Source of the DNA: Armatimonadia bacterium
GTDB lineage: Bacteria > Armatimonadota > Zipacnadia > Zipacnadales > UBA11051
NCBI GenBank assembly: GCA_039683575.1
Contig: JBDKRC010000171.1
Coordinates: 1-38,411, forward strand
Length of the DNA stretch: 38,411 nucleotides
Direction of reading: 5' to 3'
Numbering within the stretch: position 1 is the stretch's first letter; each line of letters begins with the position of its first letter. Below are positions 29,139-38,355 of the stretch, one piece after another. A model generated the notes under the pieces. It saw only the letters and a list, made by a program, of their open reading frames with translations. It made no database searches and was not told the origin of the DNA. Made by a program: the position numbers and the translations under genes.

Positions 29139-30203
29139 ATGAGCGCCTCAACAACCGCCTTCTGCCTCCTCGCCCTCCTCTGCGCGCTATCCTCCTCCCT
29201 TGGCGCCCCAACCAAGACCGTCTCCGGCCTCGTGCCCCGTACTGAAGCCTGGGACAGCTACATGGGCTGCCTCGAGGGCACGCTGAAGTACCTCAAGTCC
29301 GACATCTCTCCTGCCTGGCTCTATGGCGTGAGCGGCCACGCCTTCGGCCTCAACATCCACAAGCAGCTCTGCCCCAGCGGCCCGCACGTCTGGTCCGGCT
29401 GGGGCAGCCTCCAGGGCCACGAGGCCTTCCTCGGCCTCAAGATCGAGCAGGTCGGCCCCTGGTACAAGGGCCACGACGACCAGTACGCCTCGCACAAGCA
29501 GGAGGCCTGGGACCGCACCCGCCAGGCCCTCGACGCCGGCAAGCCCTGTATCGGTTACGACTTCAGTTGGGGCGAGTTCTATGTCGTCAACGGTTACGAC
29601 GACAAGGGCTACTACTACTGGAACACCAACATGGGGGAGCTCAAGCAGGCCGGACCGCTCGCCTGGGACAAGTACGGTGAGGGCGGCGCGGTCAACATGA
29701 TCGCCCTGCAATACGTCACCGCCACCAGGCCCACGGGCACCCCGCGCCAGGCCGTGAAGGCCGCCCTGCAATGGGCAGTGGACTTCGGCGCGCGAGGCGA
29801 TGCCAACGACCCCATGCGCCAGCCCGCCTACGCCTCCGGACTCGCAGCTTACGACCTATGGATCACAGCGCTGAATGACCCGGCCTCCTGGAAGGGCACC
29901 GGCGCCATGTACAACTCGCAGGTCTGGCGCGAATGCCGCCACTACGGCGTGGCGTTCCTGCAGGAGGCGAAGGTCAAGCTGGACGATCCCGTCCTCGACC
30001 CGCTCTTCGAGGATGCGATCAAGCGCTACCAGCAAGTCGAGCGCAAGCTGGGGATAGTCTGTGATCAGTTCTGGTTCGACACCCCGGCCTCCAAAGCGCC
30101 ACAAGCCGAGCGCCAGGAGAAGGCCGTCCAGGCTTTGCGCCAGGCCAAGCGAGCCGAGCAGAAAGGTCTGGAAGCCCTGACCCGAGTCACAGAACACCTG
30201 TAA
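29139..30203 (+). CDS. Secreted hypothetical protein, possibly BtrH-N/papain-like fold, 354 aa
   Basis: SD GGAGG, signal peptide, C-ending codon bias like the neighbouring genes; WLYG.SG.AF, LDAGKPCI, F.VV.GYDD and SGLAAYD.W motifs; fold is a guess. Confidence 0.6.
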   Translation: MSASTTAFCLLALLCALSSSLGAPTKTVSGLVPRTEAWDSYMGCLEGTLKYLKSDISPAWLYGVSGHAFGLNIHKQLCPSGPHVWSGWGSLQGHEAFLGLKIEQVGPWYKGHDDQYASHKQEAWDRTRQALDAGKPCIGYDFSWGEFYVVNGYDDKGYYYWNTNMGELKQAGPLAWDKYGEGGAVNMIALQYVTATRPTGTPRQAVKAALQWAVDFGARGDANDPMRQPAYASGLAAYDLWITALNDPASWKGTGAMYNSQVWRECRHYGVAFLQEAKVKLDDPVLDPLFEDAIKRYQQVERKLGIVCDQFWFDTPASKAPQAERQEKAVQALRQAKRAEQKGLEALTRVTEHL

Positions 30204-30300
30204 CCCTCCGGCGCCTTCTTCACCTCTCGCGTCCCGGAGGGACGCTCATCACTCAGGCCGGTATTTCAATGCCGGCCGGACCAATGCCGGAGACACCAAA

Positions 30301-31344
30301 ATGTCCGAGACCATGCAAGCCGCCTTCTTCGCCGGACCCAAGAAACTCGAAATCCGTGAGATCCCCATCCCGCATGCCGGCCCCGGCGAGATTGTCATCG
30401 ACGTCCGCGCCTGCGGGGTCTGCGGTAGCGACCTCCACCAGTACGAGGGCCGCTGGACCCAGCCGGAGTACGTCCCCGGCCACGAAGTCACCGGCGAGAT
30501 CGTGGAAGTCGGCGAGGGCGTCTGCGAATGGCAGGTGGGCGACCGCATCGGCATCGAGCCCTTCGGCTACTGCGGCCGCTGCTGCTACTGCATGGCCGGC
30601 CGCTACTACCAGTGCGATGACATGGGCTTCCTCAGTCTCTCCGGCCACGGCGGCTTTGCCGAGCGCATGGTCACCCCGGCCTATGCCGCCTACCGCCTGC
30701 CGGAGAACCTCGACTACCCCACCGGGGCCCTGGTTGAGCCCCTCGCCGTCGCCGTCCATGGCTCGCGGCTGGCCAACATCAACTTCACCGATGAGGTCCT
30801 GGTCCTCGGCGCGGGCAGCATCGGCCTGCTGACCGCCTCCACCGCCAATAGCTTCGGCGCCCACAAAGTCGCCATCACCGCCCGCCACAACTACCAGAAG
30901 CAAGCCGCCTACTCCCTCGGCGTGGACCGCGTGCTCAACATCGATGTCGAGGAGCTCCAGCAGCAAGTGAAGGATAACTTCACCCACGGCCCGAGCGTGG
31001 TGGTGGAGACGGTGGGCAGCGCCGCGGGCACCTACCAACTGGCAGTGGACCTGGCGGGCTCCCTCGCGCGCGTGGTCTTCATCGGCGCCAACACCGGCAC
31101 GGTGCAGGAGTTCAACTTCGACCCGGTGATGAGCAAGGAGCTGACCCTCTACGGCTCCGGCGCCTACGCCCAGATCGGCACCCGCCGCGACTTTGACGTG
31201 GCCTTCGACCTCCTGGCCCAAAAACCCACGATCTACGCGCAGCTAATCACCCACAAGTTCGAGCTCAAGGACATCCAGAATGCCTTCGAGCTAGCCGGAC
31301 ATAAGACTGAAAGCCAGGCCATCAAGGTAATGATGGTGCGGTAA
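30301..31344 (+). CDS. Zinc-dependent medium-chain dehydrogenase (threonine/sorbitol dehydrogenase-like), 347 aa
   Basis: CGVCGSDLH, GHE, CGRC.YC......C structural Zn site, GAG.IG. Confidence 0.92.
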   Translation: MSETMQAAFFAGPKKLEIREIPIPHAGPGEIVIDVRACGVCGSDLHQYEGRWTQPEYVPGHEVTGEIVEVGEGVCEWQVGDRIGIEPFGYCGRCCYCMAGRYYQCDDMGFLSLSGHGGFAERMVTPAYAAYRLPENLDYPTGALVEPLAVAVHGSRLANINFTDEVLVLGAGSIGLLTASTANSFGAHKVAITARHNYQKQAAYSLGVDRVLNIDVEELQQQVKDNFTHGPSVVVETVGSAAGTYQLAVDLAGSLARVVFIGANTGTVQEFNFDPVMSKELTLYGSGAYAQIGTRRDFDVAFDLLAQKPTIYAQLITHKFELKDIQNAFELAGHKTESQAIKVMMVR

Positions 31345-31372
31345 ATCCTGCGCGTGGCAGGCATATCTAGAA

Positions 31373-31444
31373 CGCGTGGCAGGCACACTCCGTGTGCCGG
31401 AATCAGCGAACGTGTTCCGGCACACGGAGTGTGTCTGCCACGCG
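31373..31444. repeat. REP doublet (30-bp inverted repeat)
   Basis: CGCGTGGCAGGCACACTCCGTGTGCCGGAA / TTCCGGCACACGGAGTGTGTCTGCCACGCG with one mismatch; partial third copy at 31351-31363. Confidence 0.8.
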
Positions 31445-31461
31445 ACTAAAGAGAGAATCTC

Positions 31462-32622
31462 ATGGCCAAACTTTTCCCGCTGCTCCTGCTGCTCACCCTC
31501 CCCCTCACGGCCTTTGCCTCGCCGTCCTCGGACTATGCCGACGCGCTCCTTGCGCAAATGGCGAAAATGCCCTCTGAGCTGCCCCAGTACACCGCTGTGG
31601 CCGAACAGGCCGCTGCGGCGTTGGCCTCCGGTAAGACGCTCTGGCTGTGGGGTGACCGGGGGTTTGTGCTTGAGGGCCTCAACCGCGCCGGGGGTATGAT
31701 GGCTGCCAAGGACCTGCGCAAGCCGGAGTTGGTGCAGGCGGGGGACGTGGTCCTGTGGGGGCGCTTCGCCTTACCCCAAACCGCCGAGCAAATGAGCGAA
31801 CACTTCACCCTTTTCGGCCAGATCAAAGCCCGCCGGCCCTTCCTCATCATCCTTACCCCGGAGTGGTTGCAGGCGGGATCTTCGAACTGGGCACCCGCCC
31901 CGCCCGTCTCACCCGAAATACGCGCTCCGCTGCTCTCAGTGCGGTTCTGGACCCTTACAGCGGAAATTGTCTCGGCCCTGACGCGGCTCGGGAAGATGCC
32001 GCCTATGTACCAGACTGTGATGGTCCCCGGCGGACGGGAACGGAACGCCCCACACCTGAAGCGGCAGTGGGATGAGCCGGTGGCGCCGGTGCGGGCGGGG
32101 CTGCTCGGCCGGGAGTACCTGGCGAAGGTCGCCAATAGCTTGCGGTCGCTCAAGACCACGCAAGCCGAGGGGTTCGCGCAGGCCGGGAAGCTGGCCTTGG
32201 AGACTGAGCGCGCAGGGCATGTCGTGTGGTATGCGTCACTGGGCCATTTGCTCCCAGAGCTGTCTGGCTTGCCCGGAGACCCGAATCTGGCCAAGCCGCT
32301 GAAGATCGGGCCGGGGCCTGAGAAGCTGGCGGAATTCGTCAAGGCGGGGGACCTGATACTCTATGTGGGGTACTACGAACCGTACGGGCCGTGGGTGGAG
32401 AAGGCCCATGAAATCGGGGCTAAGATCGTAACCGTAGTGTCCGGGACCCCCGAGCGGCGGGCGGAGGACATGGGGGCTGACCTCAATATCAAGGGCTGCT
32501 GGGCCTTTGGAGATGCGGTGGTTGAGGTGCCGGGGTATGACATAAAAATGCTGCCGCCTTCCGGAGTGGTGCAGGCGGCAGCTTACTACATGCTGATGGC
32601 TCAAATCAGGGGTGCAAACTGA
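31462..32622 (+). CDS. Secreted hypothetical protein, possibly with SIS-like alpha/beta domains, 386 aa
   Basis: Signal peptide (..TAFA-S); long ORF; GDVVL.G and GDLILYVGY segments suggest two similar domains. Confidence 0.7.
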   Translation: MAKLFPLLLLLTLPLTAFASPSSDYADALLAQMAKMPSELPQYTAVAEQAAAALASGKTLWLWGDRGFVLEGLNRAGGMMAAKDLRKPELVQAGDVVLWGRFALPQTAEQMSEHFTLFGQIKARRPFLIILTPEWLQAGSSNWAPAPPVSPEIRAPLLSVRFWTLTAEIVSALTRLGKMPPMYQTVMVPGGRERNAPHLKRQWDEPVAPVRAGLLGREYLAKVANSLRSLKTTQAEGFAQAGKLALETERAGHVVWYASLGHLLPELSGLPGDPNLAKPLKIGPGPEKLAEFVKAGDLILYVGYYEPYGPWVEKAHEIGAKIVTVVSGTPERRAEDMGADLNIKGCWAFGDAVVEVPGYDIKMLPPSGVVQAAAYYMLMAQIRGAN

Positions 32623-32712
32623 CCAAAAGGCACCCCCAATTGCGAAACTAAAATTGACCAATAGTGGTATTGGAAACGATGTTATGCCACGATGCGGGGA
32701 TAGTCGTCAGCC

Positions 32713-33807
32713 TTACGTTACGCTAACGACACTCCCCGCGATGTACCTCGTTCCGTCCTCGATATTGGCATAGTAAGCCACCAGAACCGTACCATCACCA
32801 AGCGTAACCGCCCAGGTGTAGCCGATGTCGTGATTTGCGAGATCGTCCCTCAAGATCAGTTCCTCTGACAGGTCAAGCTTCTCACACTCAGGGTCAGTCA
32901 ACAGGCAGCGAATTCCGAACGGCTCGCGCCGGTAACCATAAGCCACCAGCACCCGCCCATCGGGCGCAACCGCGGTGGTGAAGGGGTGGCCCCATACCTC
33001 ACTGCGTTCCCACTCACTCCAGGTCTTACCCCCGTCCAGCGAATGGCATAGCGCCAGATACCCATCAAGCCCGGCAGTCCGCAGAAAGGCCACGATCTTG
33101 CCGCTGGGGCACAGGTGCAGGTGCGGCTCGTGGAAGTCCACCTTGGTATCCTCGGCGATAGTGGAGAAGTACTCCCAGGTCTGCCCGCGGTCGGTGGAAC
33201 GGTAGGCATAGGACGGCGAGGGATGGCGGCTGCCGTAGATGGGCATGAGCAAGCTGCCATCCGCCAACTCCACTAAGCGGCCTCGAATGGCCCCGCGGCC
33301 GGGATAGCCGGGAAGGGAGTCTTCCGCGCCGGGCGGGGGCGGGATCAGGTACGGCTCGCTCCAGCTTGTCCCGCCGTCGGTGGAACGCAGCACGTGGACG
33401 CCCAGATTGCCCATCGGCCAGCCGCGGCTGTCCGTGTGGACCTGATGGGGCAGGTCGGTGGCCTCGGCGAAGTTAATGGCGAACAACTGCCAGGCAAAGA
33501 GTGTGCAGATGATGGTGCCGTCGGAGAGCAGGTGCAAGCAAGGGTCCTGGCAGCCGGCGGCAGGATGGGCATAGACGACGGTCGGCGAGGGGCTCCAGGT
33601 AAGGCCCTCGTCGGCGGAGGTGACGCAGACAGCCTGCGAGTTCGGGTCGGTGTGCGAGATCCCGCCACCGGGCTGCAGGCGGCGCTCCGGCGCGCGGCGG
33701 AAGCCACAGATGAGGCCGCCATCGGGCTTGCGGATGACTGAGGGGAAGGTGGAGTACCAGCGGTCGTCGCGGTAGATGATGAGGTCGCGAAGCTTTTGGA
33801 GGGACAT
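32713..33807 (-). CDS. Sialidase-like BNR/Asp-box beta-propeller protein, no signal peptide, 364 aa
   Basis: Asp boxes SADEGLTW, STDGGTSW, STDRGQTW and SLDGGKTW; N-terminal FPS; D.GY near the C-terminus; SD GGAGG before ATG 33807. Confidence 0.85.
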   Translation of the reverse strand: MSLQKLRDLIIYRDDRWYSTFPSVIRKPDGGLICGFRRAPERRLQPGGGISHTDPNSQAVCVTSADEGLTWSPSPTVVYAHPAAGCQDPCLHLLSDGTIICTLFAWQLFAINFAEATDLPHQVHTDSRGWPMGNLGVHVLRSTDGGTSWSEPYLIPPPPGAEDSLPGYPGRGAIRGRLVELADGSLLMPIYGSRHPSPSYAYRSTDRGQTWEYFSTIAEDTKVDFHEPHLHLCPSGKIVAFLRTAGLDGYLALCHSLDGGKTWSEWERSEVWGHPFTTAVAPDGRVLVAYGYRREPFGIRCLLTDPECEKLDLSEELILRDDLANHDIGYTWAVTLGDGTVLVAYYANIEDGTRYIAGSVVSVT

Positions 33808-33912
33808 GGGTGAGGCCTCCTGAGGAGGAATACTCGGTTTGCGAGGAGGTTCGGCGGAGAGAGGGGAGGACCTGCCTGCGGAAGGCGGGAGATGGTGGAA
33901 AGTGGTCAAAGC

Positions 33913-33988
33913 GGGGACGGAGCCTTCGCGCGAGTATGGCTGAGCGGCTTCTGCCGACACGTCCTGGCGCGCGAAAGGCTCCGTCCCC
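33913..33988. repeat. GGGGAC/GTCCCC-type long hairpin
   Basis: GGGGACGGAGCCTTCGCGCG ... CGCGCGAAAGGCTCCGTCCCC. Confidence 0.65.
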
Positions 33989-34142
33989 ACTTTGGGCGGC
34001 AGGTCATCGGAGACAACGGCGGGTCGTACGCCGGAGTGGAGAGGGAGAGAGCCGGAGGTTGATGGTGAAGATGATTTTGAGGCCCGGACTGTGATTATCT
34101 GTCGAGTGCAACGTCAGATAAAAACGGTAGGTTGCGGTTTGA

Positions 34143-37100
34143 GTGGAGGTGCCTTTGGTGGTACGGGGTCGGGAGCAGAAGAGTCGGGCGGCAGAGAAGA
34201 AACTCGTACGCCAGCGCATTGTGGAGACCGCGCAGGCTGCTGTCTGGGAGGGCTTCCGGGAGCAGAGGTGGATGCGTTTGCTGGCGCGGGTGTTCGCCCT
34301 GGTGGCGCTCGTGTTCGGCGGGGTCTCGACCCTCTGGTGGGTCACCGGCCGCCTTGATGTAATGACTGAGATGATCGCCGTGAGCCGGGTGGCGCCGATG
34401 GCCCCGGCCACGTCACTGGGGGTGCTGCTGCTCGCGATCGGTGTGTTGGCGCTGGCCAACGGCAGGCCAAAGGCATTCCCGATTGCCTACGCTGTCGCGG
34501 GCATAGTCCTGCTCATCTCTACGGTGCGTCTGGTAGAGCTCATCTCCGGGGTCATGATCCTACAACAACTCTTCCCACCCATTATGGGCGATGCGCATCG
34601 TGGCGGCTGGATGGGGTTTCCGTCGGTGATCGGGCTTTCGTTGGGTTCCCTGGCCCTGCTGCTGCCGCGGCACCGGGATCTGTACCGGGCGGTGCTCGCG
34701 CTGAGCATGATGCTGATGGTGCTGGGGGCGGCCTTTGCCCTGGGCTATGTCTATGGGCGCCCACTACTGTATCAGGGGTCCTTCGTTCCCCTGCGGCTGC
34801 CCACTTCCATCTGCTTCCTGCTGCTGGGCGCGGGGCTGCTCGCTGTCGCAGTGACCCACGAGCGAGCGATCAGCAGGCTAATTGACGAAAAGGTGGGGAA
34901 GTACCAGCAGAGCCTCGAAGCGCTGACGCGCCAACTGCAGCAGGAGCGTTGGCTGCTATCGACCATAATCGAGAGCGTACCACTGGGGCTGGCCCTGCAC
35001 GACGGGCGTGATCTGACGGTGAAGTGGCACAACCAAGAATACACCAGGCTATTCGCACGGGAGTATCGGGGAAAGAGTCTGGTCGGGACGAGGATTCGCG
35101 ATTACACGCCCGAGGCGCATGAACTGGAGCAGGCTTACGAGCTATCGGCGGCCGGCCAGCGGCAGGGCGTCTCCGAATACCGTGTGCAAACAGAGGGAGC
35201 CGAACCGCGTTACTACGACTGGGCGACGGTGCCAGTCACAACAGAAGACGAGGACTACTACGACGTGCTGGAGGTCGCATACGAGGTCACCGAGCAGGTG
35301 AAGACCCGGCAAAAGACTGAGGAGTTAGCGCGAGAGCTTGAGGCGGTCATCGACTACGCGCCGAACGGGATTATGTTCTTCAACGCCGAGGGACGCGTAG
35401 TACGGATAAACCCGGCAGGCCGCGCAATGCTTGGTTTCACGCGGGAGGTGATGCGGCTTGAGGAACCGGAGCCCATGCCACTGCTGGAGATACGTGATGA
35501 AGCGGGGAACGTGCTGCCGATGGAGGCGTCGGCGCGGTACCGAGCGCTCCGGGGCGAGACGGTCCTGGGGGAGGTGCAGAACGCGCATCCGCCCGGGAGA
35601 GAGCCATTCTGGGCTTCAGTGTCGGCGGTCCCGATCTGGCAGGAGGAGGGGGTGCTCGCGGGGGCGGTGCTGGTGGTGACGGATGTTACAGGACTATATG
35701 AGGCGCAGTGGGAGGCGCAGCGGCTGAGCAGTGAGCTACAAACGATCCTGGACCACGCCCCCAACGGCATCCTGGTCTATGACGTGAAGGGGAACATTCA
35801 GCGAATCAACCAGGCTGCCCGCGACATCCTGGGGTATACGGACGATGTCGTTGGCCTTTCGGCAATGGAGCGGTTTGAGAAACATGAGGTGCTGGATGAC
35901 GAAGGGCAGCCGATGAGGCCGCATATCGGTCTGGTGGCGGAGGCGTTGCAGGGGGCAATCGTCCACAACCAGATCGCACGTTTTCAGAATACCCCGCGCG
36001 GCTCGCTATGGCTGTCAGCCTCAGCGGGTCCGATCCTGGATCAGGAGGGGGAGATCAGTGGGGTTGTGGCGGTCTTTGCCGACGTGACGGCGCTGAAGCT
36101 GGCGCAAGACCAACTGCAGGAGGCGGCGACACACTCGGAGCAACAGCGGCAGGAGTTGGAGACGATTGTGAGCTCGATCGTCGACGGGGTGTTGGTGTTC
36201 GGGGCCGATGGACGGGTGGAACGCGCCAATGAGGCGGCGCGGAAGATGATGCCGGGCTACGCTGAAGTTGGTCTCGGGCAAGAGATCCTGCCCGACATCA
36301 AGGAGAAAACTGTGGCCATCGCCGACGAGCAGATGAACCCGGTGGCCTTCAATGAAATACCACTCACCCGGGCGATGCAGGGCGAGGTGCTTCAGAACAT
36401 CAACCTGCACGTTACGTGGCCCGACGGGTCGACAAGGTGGGTTTCGGTCTCGGCGGCGCCGATATTCGACGAGCACGGGGCCGTGGAGCGGGTAGTGACG
36501 GTGTTCCGCGACGTGACGCATGTCCGGGAACACCAGCAGGAACTGGAGCAGCAGGTCGCGCAGCGCACGGAAGCGCTGGTACGGAACCAAAAACGGTTGC
36601 GGGCGGCGGCGGCGGAGCTGGCGGGTGCCGAGGCGAAGGAGCGGCAGCGGCTGTCGGCGGCGATCCACGATGAGGTGGCCCAGACTCTTGGAGCGATTAA
36701 GATGTACCTATCGCTGATGCGGCGGGAATGCCCAACGTCTGAGGCCCGCATCACTGAGATCTCGGCCATGGTTGACGAGGCCAACCAGCAGTCGCGTGCA
36801 GTCATGGCGGAGCTGAGCCCGCCGGCATTGCAGCGCCTGGGGCTGTCGGAGGCGCTACGTTGGTGGGCGGGAGAGGTCAAGCGGCGGCACGGGCTGGAGG
36901 TGCTGGTTGAGGAGGTGCGGGACGTTGGCCGGCTCGAGGTCTACCTTGAGGCCACAATGTTCCAGGCGGCGAAAGAACTGATCCAGAACGTCCTGAAGCA
37001 CGCGCAGACGACACGTGCGGAGATCGGTCTGCAGTGTCAGGAGGGAAGGCTGCAGCTTTGGGTAAGGGACGAAGGGGTAGGGTTCGATCCGGCGGTGGTG

Positions 37101-37280
37101 GAGGCCAAATCGGAGGGGTTTGGGCTCTTCAGCATCAGGGAGCGGATGTCATACGTGGGTGGGGACTTTGAGCTGCGGACGTCCCCGGGCGGGGGGACGG
37201 AGGTGAGGCTGGAGCTGCCATCGGTCTGCGGAGAGCAAGGAAAGCCCGAAAAGGCGGATGAGAAGCTGGTGGAAGCGTGA
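34143..37280 (+). CDS. Membrane-bound multi-PAS sensor histidine kinase (HisKA_3, NarX/UhpB type), ~1045 aa
   Basis: Several N-terminal TM helices; about four PAS repeats (G.....G...R.N.A.R ... W.S.SA.PI); IHDEVAQ H-box, NVLKHA, DEGVGF, GFGLFSIRER; start uncertain. Confidence 0.9.
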   Translation: MEVPLVVRGREQKSRAAEKKLVRQRIVETAQAAVWEGFREQRWMRLLARVFALVALVFGGVSTLWWVTGRLDVMTEMIAVSRVAPMAPATSLGVLLLAIGVLALANGRPKAFPIAYAVAGIVLLISTVRLVELISGVMILQQLFPPIMGDAHRGGWMGFPSVIGLSLGSLALLLPRHRDLYRAVLALSMMLMVLGAAFALGYVYGRPLLYQGSFVPLRLPTSICFLLLGAGLLAVAVTHERAISRLIDEKVGKYQQSLEALTRQLQQERWLLSTIIESVPLGLALHDGRDLTVKWHNQEYTRLFAREYRGKSLVGTRIRDYTPEAHELEQAYELSAAGQRQGVSEYRVQTEGAEPRYYDWATVPVTTEDEDYYDVLEVAYEVTEQVKTRQKTEELARELEAVIDYAPNGIMFFNAEGRVVRINPAGRAMLGFTREVMRLEEPEPMPLLEIRDEAGNVLPMEASARYRALRGETVLGEVQNAHPPGREPFWASVSAVPIWQEEGVLAGAVLVVTDVTGLYEAQWEAQRLSSELQTILDHAPNGILVYDVKGNIQRINQAARDILGYTDDVVGLSAMERFEKHEVLDDEGQPMRPHIGLVAEALQGAIVHNQIARFQNTPRGSLWLSASAGPILDQEGEISGVVAVFADVTALKLAQDQLQEAATHSEQQRQELETIVSSIVDGVLVFGADGRVERANEAARKMMPGYAEVGLGQEILPDIKEKTVAIADEQMNPVAFNEIPLTRAMQGEVLQNINLHVTWPDGSTRWVSVSAAPIFDEHGAVERVVTVFRDVTHVREHQQELEQQVAQRTEALVRNQKRLRAAAAELAGAEAKERQRLSAAIHDEVAQTLGAIKMYLSLMRRECPTSEARITEISAMVDEANQQSRAVMAELSPPALQRLGLSEALRWWAGEVKRRHGLEVLVEEVRDVGRLEVYLEATMFQAAKELIQNVLKHAQTTRAEIGLQCQEGRLQLWVRDEGVGFDPAVVEAKSEGFGLFSIRERMSYVGGDFELRTSPGGGTEVRLELPSVCGEQGKPEKADEKLVEA

Positions 37281-37326
37281 GAGGTGGGTTCGAGACAAAC
37301 CCACACTGCGGGGCCAACGACGGCGG

Positions 37327-38274
37327 CTACTCGATGTCGGTAGCGGAGGCCTTGCCGGAAGTGGTGAAGTGGATCCTCGGCTCGAGCAACACCGGACCGG
37401 GCTTGGCGCCGGCGGCATAGCCCCGCAGAAGCATGGCGGAGATAGAGACCTGCGTGACCCCGGAGAGGTCCAAGCTCAGGGCCCGCGGGGTGCGGCTGGT
37501 GACCCGGTACTGCGTCGCCGGTTGATTGTCTAGCTGCACCTGGAAGATGTAAACGCGCCCGGCGTCGGTCTCGTCCGTGACGGCCAGCGTGGTCTCCAGT
37601 ACCTGCGGGGGAACGGCGGTGGCGAGGTCTGCCATCGAGAAGACGCCGGTTCCCTCAATGTTGTGCCCCTTGAAGGAGTTCAGGTACTCCACACCCCCGA
37701 CAGTGACAGGCATTTTGATCCAGGACCCGATGGCGGCGCCGCGCAGCAGTTGGCTGAGCGGGGCCCAGTCTTTGCCGGCCACCGGCGCACCGGTGGCAGC
37801 CGGGAGGGGCTGCGGGTTGGTGCCGGGTGTACCTGCCGGGACGGTCTGCGGGTAGACCTGGACCCGGACCTTGAAGTAGCAGACTACGGCGCTGTTGACG
37901 CGCATCGGGAGGGTGCGTTCGTAGAGGCCGGGCTTGACTGAGACGGGGCAGGAGATGTCGAGGGTGACCGGGACCTGGCCATTGGTGGAGTAGCCGGTGC
38001 CACTGGCCCAGATTACGGGATGGTCAACGTTGGTGTTGACCACGCGGGCGCCATCGGGGCCGAAGGTGTCAGCGAAGTCGTAGCTGGTGACGTCGTAGGC
38101 GTAGGGGCGGCGATCAGCAAAGGAGGCCTGCCAGACAAGCTGAAAGCGCTGCAGCTTGCCCTGCATGATCCCGACGGAGCCTCCGTCAAAGACGGGGGGC
38201 TGGGCGAGAGCGGGAACGGCGCAGCAGAGGAGGATGGCAAACCCGGCTGCGCAGTTTCGAAGGCGAGTTGGCAT
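37327..38274 (-). CDS. Secreted protein with probable C-terminal NPCBM/NEW2-like carbohydrate-binding domain, 315 aa
   Basis: Signal peptide (..PALA-Q); Pro/Thr linker; VTVGGVEY.NS, F.V.LD, LSLDLSGV..V.I and LLEPRI motifs; SD GAGGT. Confidence 0.7.
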   Translation of the reverse strand: MPTRLRNCAAGFAILLCCAVPALAQPPVFDGGSVGIMQGKLQRFQLVWQASFADRRPYAYDVTSYDFADTFGPDGARVVNTNVDHPVIWASGTGYSTNGQVPVTLDISCPVSVKPGLYERTLPMRVNSAVVCYFKVRVQVYPQTVPAGTPGTNPQPLPAATGAPVAGKDWAPLSQLLRGAAIGSWIKMPVTVGGVEYLNSFKGHNIEGTGVFSMADLATAVPPQVLETTLAVTDETDAGRVYIFQVQLDNQPATQYRVTSRTPRALSLDLSGVTQVSISAMLLRGYAAGAKPGPVLLEPRIHFTTSGKASATDIE

Positions 38275-38310
38275 TTAGCAGGACCTCGTGAGATTGCGAC
38301 TGTTGAGGAT

Positions 38311-38338
38311 AGTATATTCGGTGGAGGAAGGGTGTCAA
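38311..38338 (-). promoter_or_regulatory. Sigma70-type promoter for 37327..38274
   Basis: TTGACA-16 nt-TATACT. Confidence 0.65.
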
Positions 38339-38355
38339 GCTGGGACGGCAGGGGG

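Noticed and set aside
32623-32712. dif site or oriC
   Set aside because: Only a partial TTATG resemblance to a XerD arm and no DnaA-box cluster; the one near-match (TTATCCACG, ~29006) is isolated
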